A DNA stretch of 64,000 bases from Raillietiella orientalis (taxonomy: Eukaryota), in contig JAYWIR010000016.1 of NCBI GenBank assembly GCA_036172245.1, forward strand, positions 3,224,001-3,288,000. The letters are read 5' to 3'. Below the pieces are notes generated by a model. It searched no databases. It was not told where the DNA came from and worked only from the letters and a program-made list of their open reading frames with translations. The translations under genes were made by a program, and so were the position numbers. This document shows positions 61,141-64,000 of this stretch, piece after piece (the first letter of the stretch is position 1; the number at the start of each line of letters is the position of its first letter).

Positions 61141-64000
61141 AGACATGACGACCCCCGGATGCCCGCGAGGAGCGGGAGAGGACGGTTTCCTCCCTCTCCC
61201 ACCTCTGCTCCCTTCCCCCAAAAGCTGACAAACAAAGGGCGCGCGAGAGAGCGTGGCCCAGCGGCGCGCTTGACCTTGGTCTTCCTCAGCCCTTAGTGAG
61301 GCCACGGGAGTGCCGGGATTCCCGCCTCCTCCTCTCCCGCAACCTCGTTTTCCCCTCCTCCTCCTTTTTTCCCCCTTGTTTTGTTTTTCTTCCTTTCCTG
61401 AAAAAAAGGTCAAGGATGTCCGCCCTTGAAGGCCTCGAGGGCGAATGGGGGTGGGTGAACGTCAACGTGTCAGGCGTGAGGTTGGGAGGAGGAGGAGGGG
61501 AAGCGTTGCTGGCACGCTCTCAAGAGGAAGGGGGAGGGAACGAATTCCCGGAAAAGCCGGAAGAGAGTCATGCCAGTCCTTCTCTGTTCCTCTCTCTCTC
61601 CCTTCCTCCCCCGTTACCCCAGTTCTCATCCCCACCGCCGCCGTGCGAGTCGCAAGCCGTGGGTTCCACGTGCCCGAGCGGAGGATGCTGAGGGGGTGAG
61701 AAGAGGTAGGGAGGGGAGGGAGGAGGAAGGCTCTTTTCGTGTGGGGCGAGGGGGTGTCATCAGGCGGCGGAGAAAGTGAAAGTAACAGCCGAGCTCTCCG
61801 ACCCGGCCTCTTCGGCGCGTGAGGGGGAAGGGCGGTAAAGTCACCAGCCTGTATGCCTTCTTGCGCACCGCCCCCAAGAGACGCCTCCTGCATCCCGCTC
61901 CCGTGCATAGAGGAGATAAAGGAAGAAAGGGAATGAGTGAGGAAGGCACCGCGTTCTGTGAGGCTACCGAGTGGACCCTTTGTGCAACCTCCTCCTTCCC
62001 CTTTCCCTATGCCCCATTCCGGGAGCAGGAGCAAAGAGAGGAGGAGTGACCCCCTCTAGAGGGCGGAAAAACTCCCGGTTGCCTCCCCTGAGGACCTTCG
62101 CCTCATTCCTTGTGCTCGGGCACAAACGGTACTAGCGGGGAGGGCCAAGGAGTGGGGTGGGAAACGGGCCGTCTCCTCCCAGCCCCTTTCTTCTCCCCTA
62201 TTCACGGTTCCTCCTTCCTGGAAGCTCTCCCGGGCTCTCCCTTGGCGTGCGGCTTGCATGCCCACCCGCCAAAGCCACGAAGAGGGGGAAGGGCAAACAG
62301 AAAGGGAGCGGAAGAGAGTGAATCCCTTCCTCCCGATAGAGCCATCTGGCGTCCCAAGCGTCCGCTTCCTTCATCTCAGACTCCGTGGACTCCCATCGGG
62401 ACATCCGGGAGTCTGGAATGAACGAGCTCCCTCTCTGCAGCGCTTCGCTGCAGGTGGCTCCGAGAGGGAGCTCACGAGGGCAGCCGGGCATCGGCTTCCC
62501 CAGCAACCCTTTGCAGGGCGTGCATCCTGGACGGATGGGGGTCTCTGGGTCAGGGGTGGCGTGGGTTCGCGCAAAGAGCACTGTGTGGTTTCGCGAAGTG
62601 TAGGGAAACGGTGGGGTGTTTTTTTTTCGGGATAGGACGTATGCTTCACCCTTATCCTTTCGGGGCCGCAGCGCCGTCCTTGGAGGAAGAGGGAGGAGGA
62701 GGGACGCCCCTCTAGGGTAAAGGCAGTTCTCCCTCCTCTTCCGATCTTTGGCAAAGGTGCCTGCCTCGCCTACCGTCCTTCCCCTTTTCTTCCCGTTCAT
62801 CCCCCGTGTCCCTCACGATTTTGGAGGAGGAGGAAGAGGTCGTTTCCCCTCTCTTCCCCACAGACATCGAGATGCTTCCGGGTTCCTTCGAGAAGAGCTT
62901 CAGGAGAAACGTCTGGGGAGACAGCTCTCTCCCACAGTTGCGCTCGCCTGCTGAAGGAGAAAGAGGGGGGAGACACAGTCGACCCTCCTCTGGGGCCGTC
63001 CGGGGTTGCATGCGCGGCTTCTCCTATGAAGAGTCTACTGTTGCATGCCGACATGCAGCTCATGTGCATACGCCCACGTCCCGGAGGGTACGCCGGATGC
63101 TCCCCCTCCCCCGTTGACTGCACGACCGATGTGACGTCAGAAGGGAGGGGGTGGGTAGGGAATCGAAGGCTCGTCTGCAAGGGGGGTCCCCTCCTCTACG
63201 GATCCATGTGACGGCGCCAAAAAAAAATTCTTTCGGGACTCCGCCCTCTGATACTGATCACGCCAAACCTTCCCCACCCCCTCCTCGACCTTTCCTCCCT
63301 TCGGAGGGTTGAGACAGGATGGGGCCTCCGTCCGGAATCATATCGAGCGTGGGCGCCCAGAGTCCCTGTTTCCCCTGCTCGCTCCGCTGCGCCACTTTCC
63401 CTGCATCCCCGTCCCAGTGACGCTGCTAGTCAGTGTTTGGCGTCACTCGAGCTTTCAGAGAAAGGTCAGGTCAGCGCATCTTCCAGGATGTGCAAGGGTT
63501 AGGGGATTCCGGGACGTCGGCAGCCCCCCCCCCCCCGGCGGTCTCAGTCCGGGCATGCTCTTCGCGGGATCGGGGCTGTCCTCTGCACGTCCTTCGCTGC
63601 CCCTCCGGATGTCCCTGTCGCCTTTCCGTACCCGGGATACCCTCGGGTTCCTGGGGTGGTCCGAAGTTCTCGACTTCCCGGGGGAGCTAATATTTCTTTC
63701 CCGAAGGGTCTTCTTGGACGAGGCTTGCCCATTCCGTGGGAATAGGCTGTCAGGAGAAGGCCCCGGGTTCGTCCATCCCGGAAGGAGGGAAGAAGCGGGA
63801 CCGCCCGCGGACTAGGGGGCCTTCGGGAGCTCGGCTCTGGCCGTTGTTTAGGGGAGAACGGGGGCTGCGCTTCCTGTTTGGCGCCGTCCCCTTCCCCCTG
63901 GTCTCTGGGCTTTAGACGGTGGCAGGCGAAGCTCCCAGGTCGGATGGCCGCCCCTGTCCAGGGCGCTCCCACTTGCTCGCCGCACTGCGGGCGCGCGCGC

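Larger units (their letters stand above)
43700..64000. mobile_element. Very GC-rich domain largely built of degenerate gypsy-like pol fragments and purine/pyrimidine tracts (block C)
   Basis: PHPGMS (integrase zinc finger, + ~51200); AVSYQEDGRQRVVAAAS (RNase H, + ~52730); VDYCRGEPEV..HYRFG (integrase, + 53369-53540); WIHFRVCSSVLDNG (+ ~56560); RGLVGAIVAATYARR (- ~58250); AFPSLTGNL..PFRALDA / RSLSDRKR..RLLLTC..FVTFTDCEP (+ 59200-59870); SSFQRKV..RGFRDV (+ ~63400-63520). Confidence 0.6.

Noticed and set aside
43700..64000. Many long overlapping ORFs (up to 449 aa) in all six frames
   Set aside because: Expected from stop-codon scarcity at high GC. Translations are Arg/Gly/Pro/Ser low-complexity with no coherent protein family beyond scattered decayed pol motifs.
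43300..64000. rDNA unit or spacer as an explanation for the GC-rich block
   Set aside because: I found no conserved 18S, 5.8S or 28S motifs on either strand and no tandem subrepeats.
43300..64000. Bacterial contaminant contig
   Set aside because: No gene-dense operon structure or recognisable bacterial proteins, and the gypsy-like relics continue across the boundary. A eukaryotic chimera cannot be excluded without reads.
1..64000. CRISPR array, tRNA or other structured RNA genes
   Set aside because: No regularly spaced direct repeats and no tRNA or snRNA motifs were recognised by eye. A covariance-model search was not possible.

Overview
Eukaryotic, probably invertebrate, genomic DNA with two very different halves. 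From 1 to about 41.9 kb it is AT-rich and carries five spliced genes whose exon phases I could close by hand: TRAPPC11 (-, 3' end beyond the window), ACADS (-), TRAPPC9 (-), IFT27/RABL4 (+) and a vasa/DDX4-type DEAD-box helicase (-). Most introns are only 40-56 nt. The spaces between genes (9.6-12.6, 26.6-27.5 and 31.7-37.5 kb, and from about 41.9 kb) read as mosaics of short, heavily decayed Ty3/gypsy-like pol fragments (RT, RNase H, integrase) in both orientations, with no intact element and no visible LTRs. From about 43.5 kb to the end the same mosaic continues but becomes very GC- and CpG-rich with polypurine/polypyrimidine tracts (sample lines 62-78% GC versus 22% in a TRAPPC11 intron line). 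Other notable structure: a perfect 38-bp exon-intron complementarity inside TRAPPC9, a near-identical ~326-bp inverted repeat in the GC block, a CpG-free 287-bp ACADS-TRAPPC11 junction suggesting co-transcription, and vasa microexons. Gene calls rest on recalled protein-family similarity. Retroelement calls rest on visual motif spacing and need HMM confirmation.
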